NCBI GenBank assembly: GCA_047495785.1
Contig: JBLDXI010000029.1
Location: forward strand, 2,976,001-3,040,000
Reading direction: 5' to 3'
Source of the DNA: Lepidodermella squamata
Taxonomy: Eukaryota; Animalia; Gastrotricha
Length of the DNA stretch: 64,000 nucleotides
Position 1 is the stretch's first letter. Every line of letters starts with the position of its first letter. The notes under the pieces were generated by a model. It searched no databases. It saw only the letters and a program-made list of their open reading frames with translations, and had not been told where the DNA came from. Below, piece after piece: positions 1 to 12,100 of this stretch. The translations under genes and the position numbers were made by a program.

Positions 1-450
1 GCCTCTTCGTAGCCAGCTTCACGGCGCTGGGCCTCTTCGTAACCTGCTTCGCGGCGCTGAGCCTCTTCGTAGCCAGCTTCGCGGCGCTGGGCCTCTTCGT
101 AACCTGCTTCGCGGCGCTGGGCCTCTTCGTAACCTGCTTCGCGGCGCTGAGCCTCTTCGTAGCCTGCTTCACGGCGCTGGGCCTCTTCGTAACCTGCTTC
201 GCGGCGCTGAGCCTCTTCGTAGCCAGCTTCGCGGCGCTGAGCCTCTTCGTAGCCTGCTTCACGGCGCTGGGCCTCTTCGTAACCTGCTTCGCGGCGCTGA
301 GCCTCTTCGTAACCTGCTTCGCGGCGCTGAGCCTCTTCGTAGCCTGCTTCACGGCGCTGAGCCTCTTCGTAGCCAGCTTCACGGCGCTGGGCCTCTTCGT
401 AACCTGCTTCGCGGCGCTGAGCCTCTTCGTAGCCAGCTTCACGGCGCTGA
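1..450 (-). repeat. 30-bp coding tandem repeat, 15 copies in window (EAGYEEAQRR)
   Basis: Minus-strand unit GAA GCW GGY TAC GAA GAG GCY CAG CGC CGY, read directly. Confidence 0.97.
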
Positions 451-600
451 GCCTCACGCCTCATGGTCTCCCCGAGCGGATTCGAAAGGACCGCTGCTAC
501 CTTGTTTCAAAACAAATTTATCATTGCCATTAGTTATATGATACGCTCGTCAATCGCAGAAACTCACCAGACATGCTGCTATCGTTAGCTTGCAGATCAT
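1..600 (-). CDS. Secreted multi-copy peptide precursor (signal peptide + NPLGETM-RR-EAQ-[RR-EAGYEEAQ]n); 3' end lies outside the window
   Basis: Exon1 600-568 (MICKLTIAACL), 67-nt intron GTGAGT...AACAAG (567-501), exon2 500 to <1 (VAAVLSNPLGETMRREAQRREAGYEEAQ...). Frame is open to the window edge. Hydrophobic N-terminus; all repeat variation is at synonymous third positions. Confidence 0.85.
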
Positions 601-706
601 TTCGGGCTTGAATGAAAGGGCTGACGGAATATTTCAAAGAGGAAATTGCTTTTGATGAAACGTTGGTATTCTATGAATTTGGGAATTTTCACCATTTTCA
701 GCTACG

Positions 707-713
707 TTTTATA
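707..713 (-). promoter_or_regulatory. Putative TATA box of the peptide precursor gene
   Basis: GCC-TATAAAA-CG on the minus strand, about 107 bp upstream of the ATG at 600. Confidence 0.55.
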
Positions 714-1100
714 GGCGAGCGATGCCGATCATTTCATCAGTTGCGCTAGATTAATTGTCTATTATGCTTGCGTTCCAGGGTGCCGTTAAAGTTGGCGCAG
801 CTCCGAGCATGTTCAGCTGTCATTTCCATCACGCGCGCTCGCCGCAAAAAACCTATTTTAGCATCATAAGATTAACAATAATATTTGAATAATTATGAAT
901 AGAATATATCATCGCGCATTATTTATTTTTTAACGATGAAATTTCATTCCACACCGGCATTATCGCTTGCCCGTAATTCAACTTGCCAGCCATTCCCTTC
1001 TACGAATAACTCCTTACACAAAGCTGATATTCCTTACATATTTTCAAGACGGCAGTTCAAGATATCGTTAGCGTCGTTGAATACCTCTGATTTATGCTTG

Positions 1101-1219
1101 TTTACAACTATTTCAAGATGATAGGTGACACAAGTAAAATGTCTTTTGTCTTTGCCTCTTTATTCACATCAGAAATCCCACTTTTTACTTGTCACCTATC
1201 ACTTTGAAATAGTTGTAAA
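1101..1219. mobile_element. Small foldback/MITE-like inverted repeat
   Basis: TTTACAACTATTTCAAGATGATAGGTGACACAAGTAAAA is imperfectly mirrored by TTTTACTTGTCACCTATCACTTTGAAATAGTTGTAAA. Confidence 0.6.
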
Positions 1220-1907
1220 GAAATTTGCATGGGCCTTGCTGAAATAACACACTGGGGATCGAGAATACCAATTCATAGGTCCTGAACTGCTTGGAGCTTT
1301 CAGGTATCAATGTTTGTGGTAATTATGCGCTGGAATTTAAATTTATATAAGAATACCGTTAAATTATGTTACATCGCCATTTTTTATTGATATTCCAATT
1401 GAATGCTGGTGTGAAACGCGCCGTATCTCGCTCTTTCGAACGGTATAAAATGTATAAGAATAGGGCTAATACATCCGGAGATGATGACGGTAAAAACTTG
1501 TGAAAATAATTTTTGTTGCGCGCAAAATGACGCTTTTAATTTTACATTTTTCTCAAAATGTGAAAAAAATTATCTTTAAACGTCTATATACGCGATAACT
1601 ACGTCATTCTGAGGTATTTTGTCGAACGGTTTTCACCTATGGATTCGGGATGTCATGGCCAACAACCCCATGTACTCATCTGGAAATGTGAAAAAATTCG
1701 CCAAGATACACGTTTCACTTTGCAGCGGTCAAATGTTCAGGTCTGAAGTTGATGTTCAAAACCAAATGAAAAGTTCAAAAACGAATTTTCCCATTAAATT
1801 TCAATTTTCTTCAGTTTTCAGTGCTTGAACCATAACTTGGGAAGGTGTTTCGTCTCAATATCTCTTTTTTTAGAGAATTCAGAAAAAACAGGCGACAATT
1901 AAGAAGT

Positions 1908-4163
1908 TTAGATTTCATTTATTCTCCAAAATATAATTAAAAACATGATGCTAGAATTAATTTCCATTTTCCCAGAACAACTCGCTAAAATCGGAATTTT
2001 CGGCGCCAAAATGTCCACAGATCGCTGCTGATTTGTCGCCAATTTTCTAGTCGATGTCGTATAAAATCTCGGATAGCCACTTGAAACTTCATTATTTTGC
2101 GTTGTAGTTTCGGGAATTTCGGACGAAAATTCATAATCCAGGGGTTCTTCTGGAGAATCCATGCCGTAATTAGTCGCTGAAATAGCGTTGAAAATCGCGC
2201 TATTAAATCGCGGAACAACAATTAGGTCATTCAATTGCTGTGTCCCACTTTCAGGCGCGCACAGCGCATTATTGCGCGCACTACACCTGCAGCCAATCAG
2301 CGACGCGCCTCGGCCCAGCAAAACCTGAACCATCGCCTCGCGATCTTCACAAGCCGCCCATATAACAGCCGTTCGATTGTACAGCGAATCTCTCGCATGC
2401 AAATCCGCACCCCGAGCCAGTAATAGCTGCGCAATTGCGAGCCGACCCCATCGCGCGGCTAATATTAAGGCGGATTGTTTATAGCCGTAGTCAGGGTACA
2501 GCTCTTCCTCATTCACCGAGACGTAGCTTGAGTCGAGAAATGAGGCGACAACTTCGATCAAATCAGCTCGAATCGCGTTGAAAAATGCCGATTTTAGCGC
2601 GTAAGGATTGACCTGGTTCAAGGGACATATCGCCTGTAGGGTGCCTAGTCGAGTTAGGGTGATGAGGTAACTCGGGTCCGAACAGTCTCGAACAGCTGGT
2701 GGGAACAAAAATCGGGCGGGATTCGATGCTGATAACATAGGCGGGTAATTCGGGTAAATAACAGGTGGATAAGCATTATCATCAATTGTTCGAGTTGGAA
2801 TCGGTCTCGGGGTTGTATCAATAAATTTAATGGTTGAAATTGGCATTAAATTGCTTCGAACTGTTGCGGCTCGGGTTGAAGTTGTTTGAGGCGAATTTTG
2901 AACCCGAATTGTCGGTCGAGGGGTACTTTTTACCAATGGTCCTAAATATTGACGAATCCACGGAATAACTCGACAAATTCCTTAAAAATATGAAATTAAA
3001 TTTAAATTTAAAAAATATTCAAAATTCAAAAATTCAGTGTTCAAATTATTGAAATTTTAAAATTTTAAAAATTCAAAAATTGAATTTTAAATTTTGAAAA
3101 TTGGCTTTTTGCCAACAATAAAACATACTTGAATAAACCGAAGGCTTTTCGCCTCCAGTTTCATTACAAGCCAAATGACCGTAGGAGGTAAGTGCCAGTA
3201 GGTACGGCTGGTTATTCGACCCTAGACAAGTCAAAGGTCCGCCAGAATCGCCGCGGCACGTTTGCTGGTTCGGACCGCCAGTTGCGCATATTTTCGCATC
3301 CGTGAAGTAGTCACCCTGATAAGTGAGCGCGCACTGGAGAAACGGTGCCATGTTTAGCGAAATTTTTTTCAGCCTCATTGACATGTAATCGGATGGGCCC
3401 GTCAATCCTATTTAAAAATAAAAATTGATTATAAAAAAAGATAAAAAATTAATTCAATTAATTCAATTTTGAAATTTGAATTTTAAAATTCGAAAAAATT
3501 GAGAACTTTTATTTTTTTCAAGCCATACCCCAGCCGACTGATGTCCCTTTCCAGCATGAATCGATTGTAGACGAAAGTAGGTCATAGTCATTATCGCAGT
3601 AATTATCGGGCAAATCAATAGGTTTTATCCCCATCGAAAGCGAAACTGGGTAATTAAGGCGTAACAGGGCAAAATCGAAATCAGTATTAGCACCGGGCCG
3701 ATAGTAAGGATGCACGTGAATGTCCCTATCTGAGACTAATCTAATCGCCTCGCCTCGCTCAGTTGTACTAAGATCAGTTTTCCCGAGGATAACTCTTGAC
3801 CTAATTATTGAAATTTTATTATAAAATTAATTAATTAAAATCGAGGTCATGGTACCTAATTGCTGTTTCTCGGCCTGTTGAGACACAATGCCCGGCTGTG
3901 ATGACCCAATTGTCCGAAATTAGGGCACCGCCGCACACAAATGTGTCAACGCCTGGGACATCGCTATAAATTCGAACCTAAATTTCATAATTTAAATTTT
4001 TTAAATTTTTTAAATTTTCAATATATACCATCCATGGAAATTCGAACCGTTGAGCAAACGACCCGCCTACAACGAGCGGGCCGTAATTTGTTGTTAAATT
4101 CGACGATTGGCATTCACAAAATGAAAATAAAACAACAACTAGCCATCCAATAAAATTGATCAT
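1908..4163 (-). CDS. S1 (chymotrypsin-fold) serine protease fused to a Pro/Thr linker, about 3 ankyrin repeats and a hydrophobic C-terminus; ~626 aa
   Basis: Exons 4163-4029, 3977-3856, 3800-3529, 3407-3129, 2980-1908, all GT-AG and frame-consistent. Signal peptide, activation site L|VVGG, CGGALISDNWVITAGHC (His), DFALLRL (Asp), GDSGGPL (Ser), VYSRICRVIPWI. The last exon continues into ANK motifs (QSALILAARWGRLAIAQLLLARGAD; RTAVIWAACEDREAMVQVLLGRGAS). Confidence 0.88.
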
Positions 4164-4466
4164 AACGGCGCCTCGAAATCTCAGCAATTCTTCATCACCC
4201 CATTCTGACGTGAAATTAATAAAACATTTTTTTTTAATGATTTTTTGTGTGTGAAATTAACCAAGGTGCCAATGCGTGATAAAACTTGGAAAAACCTCGA
4301 GTGACTCTCAGAGTAGACATAATAAAAAAAAATTGCCGAGTGCTGACCGAGTTGAATTATAAAAAATTGCATTTTATTGAACGTACAAAAATCAAAATTT
4401 AAATTGTGTTTATAACATTTTGCTGGTAAATTTCATAAATTAAAACAAAAACTGGATTTTATTTTG

Positions 4467-5936
4467 TCAATTTCGCGCCTCTTGTTTGGAATAGGCTTGA
4501 AGGGTAGAAGCATTCAGGATCAGCTCGTCGTAACTCGGAGGTCGACTCGAATTCACCGCTGTTTCGCCCAGCGTCGAGGTGAAATCACCCGTTGTCGCAC
4601 CCTGGGACCTTGAAGTCATCGCCTGCGAGTCAAAGGTCGCTCCAGTTACTAAAATCATAAAAAAAGTTTATATTAAAAAAATTGACCTAATTTATGACAA
4701 ACTAACCGGTTAGTTCAGGCGGGTTATTTCTCCGCCTCGGAACAGCCGGGGAGAGACTTGACCTTAAAGCCTGGACATGCCTGCGGTTGCGATACCTCTG
4801 AACAACTTTCCAGCTCAAAATAGCCGTAGCGCAGCATGAGAAGAAAGAGAGCGCGAAAACGTATAGCACCTCGGCATTACTCGCCCTTCGACGGCGAGGC
4901 GGCCGTTGGCTGGCCTGGATCGGGGCGGTTTCGGCTGCCAACTCGAATTCGGTTGTAGTTGCCGTGGTTGTTGTTGTAGCCGGCGATGTTGGCGCAATGG
5001 TCGATTTAATCAAAGGAGTCACAACGCCTCGACAAAAATACTTTCAAAAAATGAAAGATTATTTAATAAAAATTTCAATTTCAATTTAAAAATTTTCAAT
5101 TTAAAATTCTGAAATAATTTGAAAAATTCATTTTAGATTAAAAAAATTTTTCGAATAACTGATAATTTTTCTGAAGTTTTTTGTAATTTTTTGAAATTTT
5201 CCGAAATTTTTGAAATTTTTACCTGAATCGATCGACCTGATGCGTGAAAATCGACGAAATCATCCACCTCGCCAAAGTACTCGGCACTTGCCTCCGTTTT
5301 CCGGCTAAGAAAATGCTTGGCCGACTTGCCGTCGTGAAATTGCCACGCCTTCTGCTCAACAGCGTGACTGAGCGTGAAATTTCGCTCCAGCCTCACACTA
5401 CGCCCTAGCAACGACTCGACAATTGTCTCAAAAATTGGTGAAGCGTGACGGCGTGACGTGCAACTTGTCGCAGCTCGGGCCGGCAGGGTGTTCACAGTTA
5501 GATCCGGGCGTAAAATTTCCAACGGTGAACAAGCGCCGAATAACCGCCGCGCAAAACACTGAAGCGCGAAATTCGGCAATTTTATTAAGGTGGGCTTTTT
5601 TTCGTCACGCGTAATTAAATCGCCGCACAGATAAGTCTCACGCGTATCGATTGTAAGGGCCTTGTGAATCGACTCGGCAGCTTCTGGCATCAATCTCGCG
5701 AGTAACTGCTCGAAAATTTGCGGCGATTGATCGGCAATTAGCGATAGATGACCCTCCGTTCCGCATGGCTGGCTTTCGGATAAACTGTTACGTTGAATCG
5801 AAACAATGCCGATAACATAGACAGATTTTATCGCTGAAGAAGTCGAATTTCTCGCAGATTCGGTCACGGTTGAGTTACTCGCAATAGAAATTTCGGGATG
5901 ATAAAATATCAACAATAAAAAACTGAGAAAAAGCAT
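4467..5936 (-). CDS. Uncharacterised type-I single-pass membrane protein (~409 aa): Cys-containing ectodomain, Thr-rich stalk, TM helix, cytoplasmic PPSY motif
   Basis: Exons 5936-5223, 5040-4707, 4648-4467 with canonical splice sites. Signal peptide MLFLSFLLLIFY; TM VLYVFALSFFSCCATAILSWKVV followed by basic QRYRNRR; tail RPPSYDEL. Confidence 0.8.
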
Positions 5937-6131
5937 CTTCGTAGTTGGCTCTTATTCTGTTGAAAATCCAAAATTTATTTGTCGAAAAATTTGAGAAATT
6001 TAAATTTGACTGTGGAAACACGTGTTTGAATTTCCCGCGCGTGCCCCAACATCTGGCACTCATCTGGAAATTCTGGAAACAAAATTATAGGCACACCTCA
6101 TAATTTTACATCATTAATAAACACAATAATT

Positions 6132-9100
6132 ATGATACGTTTTTTACTTTATTCTTTGTTGTTTTTTGGCGCCTCGTTAGCAGACGAATTCGACTTGAAC
6201 TATGATGACACTGATACTTCAACGACTGCAACTCATCCGGTTACGACAATAGAAATTTCCACGACCACCTTAATTACCGAAAAAATCGAGGTTTAATTTT
6301 GAAGTTGTGAATTTTCGAAATTTAATTTTTTTCAATTTAATAGCCGAAAACATGTTTTTTGCCCGCCATTGAGAATGGCGAAATTGAGTTGCAAGGCGGT
6401 AATAATGAAGGTCAAGCTGTGCAAGGTTCAATAATTCGGCTGATTTGTATTTTCGGCTTCGAATTGGTCGGAAAACGCGAATCGAAATGCGTTAATGGAA
6501 ATTTCACGCCGGCACTTGGGCAATGTGTTGAGCTTGAGACTACGACTACAACTACGATTACTGAAGCTACGACGGCTGAAGAAGCTGTGCCTGAAGTCAC
6601 GGAACCTATTTCGGCTAAAAATATCAAAGTCGAAGCCGAAAAATCTGTCAATGTAAATTTTCATAATTTTCGTCAATTTTAATCTTTTTTCATTTTTCAA
6701 AAATTTAAATTTCGAATTTTTCTTGAATTATCAGTGTGCTATGCCGCCAATTGCGAAGGGTCATTTCGAAATTGTGGGAGTTCAAACCAGTGATGAAACT
6801 CTAGAAATCAATCATGGTGTGAAAATTCGGCTAATTTGCGAGCCTGGCTACACAACTTTGGGCACGAATCTAACCGAGAGCCTGTGCTTCAACGGCGTGT
6901 TATTCCCACAACCCGGCCAATGCGTAGACGCTACGACAACAACTCTAGCTCCACCTATGGTTCGTTTTTAATTTAATTTTTTTTTAATTTTATGAAAGGT
7001 TTTACTTGATTGCATTTGCCTGAAATTTGGAATTTTTCGAAGAAATTTCAATTTTTTTTCAATTTTTTCACAAATTTTCAAATATTTCGCAAAATCAATT
7101 AATTTCAATAATTTGAATAAAAATCTTTAAATTTTAAAAAAATCTGGAAAATTTCAATTTTAATTCATTTATAGTGTCTTCATCCTGTTGTTGCTAATGG
7201 GAAACTCGAAATCCCTAATGATGCGGATTCACTAGATTACGACCTCCATAGTGATCATGAACTTCAAAGCCAACCAGAATTCGTACCAATCGGAACCAAG
7301 TTGCGACTGACCTGTTCACCCGGTTATAAATTACTCGGCGGTTCCGAGTTGCTGTGCTACAGCCTTCATCATCAGCCTTCAGCCAGCTGGTTCCCACTAC
7401 CCGGCCGATGTATCTCGATCCCGACTACAACCACCCAGCAACCGGTCGCTTGCAAATGGCCGTCGGTGAGTGGCGGCTGGTGGTTGGAAGAGGACCATCC
7501 GGATCTGCTGGAGGCAATGGGCGAGAACCACCTGTCGCCTGTCGGTACCGTTTTGGTACTTCAATGCTCGTCGGAAAATTTCGAAATTATCGGCAGCAAA
7601 CGAATTTTTTGCCGCGAGAATTCGCAATGGTTTCCTGAACCTGGAAATTGCAGCCAAGGTAAACATATTATTTTCAAAAATCAAATTGAGATTTTCCGAT
7701 TTTTTTCAAATTTTCTTCGATTTCAATTTTTCTATCCTTAAACAATAATAATTCACCATATAGCTCTGGCATATATATTTTAGCAACCTGATAACCTAAG
7801 GTATGAAGAAAATTGTTCGATGTAGGATTCCCTAACTGCTGATATCGGAAAAATCACTGATTTGTAAAATCGATAACTGGAATCGATATCGGCTTCGCAG
7901 ACTCAAGTATGACTCATAATCTGACTGCCGATAGCGCAAATTGCGCGTAATAATGAGACCTATGGGCTAAACATTCAAAATTTAAATTTGACGCAAATTT
8001 TAAAAAAATTGAAAATTAAAAATTCGAAATTTGAATTTTTAATTTTTTTTTCGAGTCATTACCACTACAACCGAATCGCCATCGACTACGCAAGAAGTTC
8101 GCTGTCAGCTGCCATCAAGCGGCATAGGAAAGCTCTCAATCGATCACTCGAATCATGAGACATTCGAAAGTGTCTCATTATACTCTGAGATCACCCTGAC
8201 CTGCCCTGATAATTACGTAATCACTGGCGCGAATCGGGTCATGTGCGTAGGCCGCAACCAGCTATTCCCCGAACTCGGCCAATGCGTACCTGAGCAGACC
8301 ACGACTACTACAACAACAACCGCTACTACTCCTACCGAAACGACGACCATTATCTATTGCTCGGTGCCGCTTGTAGAAAATGGGCGTTATGATCTGTCAA
8401 GTGAAGATGATCCTATGAGTGTGTTGCCGGGTCGGAAAATTCAACTGACTTGCAACCCAGGCTACCAACCATCTGGGCCGAGTTCTAGCTCGATTTGCAT
8501 AGCTGGTGGCAACTGGTTCCCGAAAACTGCTGATTGTGTTGAAGGTAAATTAAATTTTCTCTTAATTTCAATTTAAAATTGCAATTTTTTAAAAGTGACT
8601 ACACCCGTTCCGCAAACGACGGCTAAAATCGTGCTACCTAATGACCGACTTTCTGGCGGTGAGAAATTTTGCAATGTCCCAACTTTGTCAATTGGGCGCT
8701 TTCGTGATGCGCAATATTTCGAAATTACGGAGGAAAAGCTACCGCTGGGTACCGAGATGTCGCTGGATTGCCCGGACGGGTATGACGCAGTGGGCGCTGA
8801 TCACGTGATGTGTGCCGATGGCAATAAATGGTTCCCGCCTACAACGGAGGCGAATTGCGTGCCGAGATCTACGCCTTCGGTGAGGATTAATCCGGAAAAT
8901 GTTGGTGCGAATTTTGAGACGGAGACAGCAGGGTGCGATGTCCCAAAAATTAGTACAGGTAATAATCACGAGTGTCATCAATTTTATTAGCTGTTAATAT
9001 TTTTTATTAGTTCATTAGACTATTTAAAATCACTTGAAATTAGCCGATTTTTCGCTAGATTGCCTGACCTAATAAATTTAGCAAAATTAAAACTTGTGTG

Positions 9101-12100
9101 CGCGTTCGAAGAATTCTTAAGAATTTTTCGACGGCGCGCGCTGACGTCAAAGGGCTACTTTTGAATATTTTGGCGGTTTTCATACCAAATTAAAATTCAG
9201 AAAATTCCCTATCGATTGAATATAGGGTTCTCGCGCGAAAAAATCAATGGGAACATTTTTTACGCACACGCTAAATTTCGAGCGCGCGAAGGAATAACGC
9301 ACTTAATTGACTCACAAATTTCGAGTGCGCTTACATTTTTTCCCATTGTATTTTTCGCGCGAGAATATTCAATCCCTATACTCAATCGATAGTGAATTTT
9401 CTGAACTTCATTTTAGTATGAAAACCGACAAACTATTTGATAATTGCCCTTTGACATCATTAGCGCGCGTTGAACGTGTCGAAACCTGGTTTTTTCTTCT
9501 CAATTGATGTCATTTATTTATTTCCAAGCTAATTGTTTTGTTAAAAGGTGATATTTTTCTATATTTTTTCCTCAGGTTATTACGCGGCCGATGGAGTTGT
9601 TAAAAATGTTGCTGTTGGCACCGAGTTGCACTTGACGTGTAACGAAGGTTATGAGGTGCCTATTACACATGGAACCATCAAATGTGTCAATCACAACACG
9701 TTTTTCCCTCTACCTGGAGAGTGCGACCTGCGTAGCACTGCTGTAGCAGATAAAGTTACTGCTGAGGACTCGAAAACGATTTATTGCGACGCACCAGTGG
9801 TCGAACATGGCAAATTTGATGGATATTCAGACCATGGGGCAAGTTGAATTATTCTCTATTTTCTTATTTTTTTCCAAATTGAAAAATTGAAAATATTTGA
9901 AGTGAAGAATTGAAAATTGAAAATTTTATTTATTTTTATCAATTTTAGTATAATGATAAAATTAAACTAGGGGAATTTTCTCTTTTTTGTCCATTTAAAA
10001 TCCAGTTTATTATTTTAATTTTTTTTATTTAGGCAGAGAAATTACCTCTCGGCACTGAATTGTGGCTAAATTGCGACGAAGGTTACGTCGCTACAGGCGC
10101 GACCGAAATTCGTTGTGTTGGCGAAAATGATTGGTTCCCAAAAGCAAAAGGAACCTGCGAGGTGATAGCAACAACGACCAGGACTACTATTTCTACCCCA
10201 TGCTCGAAACCGGTAATTGAAAATGGATCCTTTAAAATCACAAAGCCGAAGGATACAACGGCGACGATCGACGATGAATCATTGCCGGCTGGTCACGTGA
10301 TTAAGATCAAATGTGACCCGGGTTATTTCAATTTCGGTGCAACGTCCAGTATCTGCCTGGATTCGGGTGACTGGTTTCCAAGCTTGGCAACTTGCCAATT
10401 GCGTAAGCAAATTTCAAATAATTTAAATTTCGAAATTTAAAATTTAAAATTTAAAAAATTTAAAAATTTTAAATTTTGATTTAAATCATTTTCGCTAAAT
10501 TTTTAAAATTTGAATTTTTTTAGTTACGACTACTTCAACTCGAAGCCCACCTACGACACAAAAGGCCTATTGTTTACTGCCCAAAGTCGAAATCGGGCAA
10601 CTTTCCCGTGATTTCAGCCCCCTTCTCCCCGAATTCACCTTAAGCGTGGATGTTGGAAGCGAAGTGTCCCTGTCATGCCCTGATGGCTACATTGTCCAAG
10701 GCTACAGTGCAGTCATGTGCGTCGCCCAAGGCCGTTATTACCCTCAGGAACTTGGCCGATGTGTGCCGAGACCTAGCCCGACTACTACACCAAAACCGAC
10801 TCGAGTTTTTTGCGTCCTACCCCAGGCTGGAAATGGCCGCGTTGTCGCAGAGGAAAATTCGGGTGAAAATCAACAAGTTGGCCAGAAAATTCGGGTGATT
10901 TGTAACGATGGTTACTTACTGTTCGGCTCTAATTCGTCAATCTGCTTACCCGATGGCAAGTGGTTTCCGGATCTTGGTCAATGCGGAGAAGCTCCTGAAG
11001 GTAAAGGAGCATTTTGATTGAAAACATTTGAAATTTGAAATTAAAAAATTTGAAAATTCAAGAAAGTGAAATTTTGTAAATAATATAAAAATAATTTAAA
11101 ATGACCATTTTCGAATTTAAAAAATTCGAATTTTGAATTTTTTAAAATTTGAAATTGAATTTGAAATGAAATTTCGAAATTTTTAATTTTTGAAATTTTA
11201 TGTCAATCTCTGATTAATTTTCAATTTTCTTTCAATTTTTACATTTCTTTGTAAATTCAGAACTCGTTCATGAGGCTTCCGAATTGAGAAATGCGATTAC
11301 TGCTGGGGAATTGAGCGATGTCAAGAACATCTTCCGACCCTCGCTAAGTCCAGATTTCGCTAAATACCTCGAAACCAGCCGAGACCACGAGCAAAACGAT
11401 GAAACTCTAACAATGCGAGCGGCTGAAAGCGGGAAACTCGACGTTTTGAAATACCTGGTCGAAGATCGCAACATCGACCCGACTACTACAGACCGGCTTG
11501 GTCGAAACGCGTTGCACATTGCGGCGAAAAATTGCGAAAATATCGAACTGTTAAAATATCTCGCTCAACGAAATCCCGAGATGATCGAGGCGAAGGACGA
11601 CGAGTCGGGCAAAACGCCGCTTATGTATTCGATTATTAACGATAAATTGAGCTGTGCTGTTGAGCTGGTCAAGCAGTTTTCGGCTGATGTTGACGCGACT
11701 GATGGCGAGAAATGGTCGCCGTTACATTTTGCGGCTCAAAATGCCTCAAAAGCTATCGTCGCCTTTTTGTTAGCAAAAGGTGAGATAATTCTGAACAATT
11801 ATTTTAAGGCGGCCTTTTTAATTTTTAATCCTAATTTTTTCAATTTTCCTCATAATTTTTGAATTTTAATTAAGGTGCTAAAACTCGAGTGAAAAATCGC
11901 GACGATGACCTTCCAATTCATATCGCGGCTAAATTTGGCAACAATGGCGTGTTAGAAATATTGCTATCTCGTGACAGTGCGTTGCTAGAAGAATCTGGGT
12001 CACACGGCGCGACGCCCCTAATTAGCGCGGCCGAATCAGGTCAACTGCGTGTGGTTCAATTGCTGCTAAACGCGCATGATGCGAATATTGAAGCGCGGGA

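Noticed and set aside
1-450. CRISPR array or non-coding satellite
   Set aside because: No unique spacers; eukaryotic context; variation is strictly synonymous in a frame linked to a signal-peptide exon.
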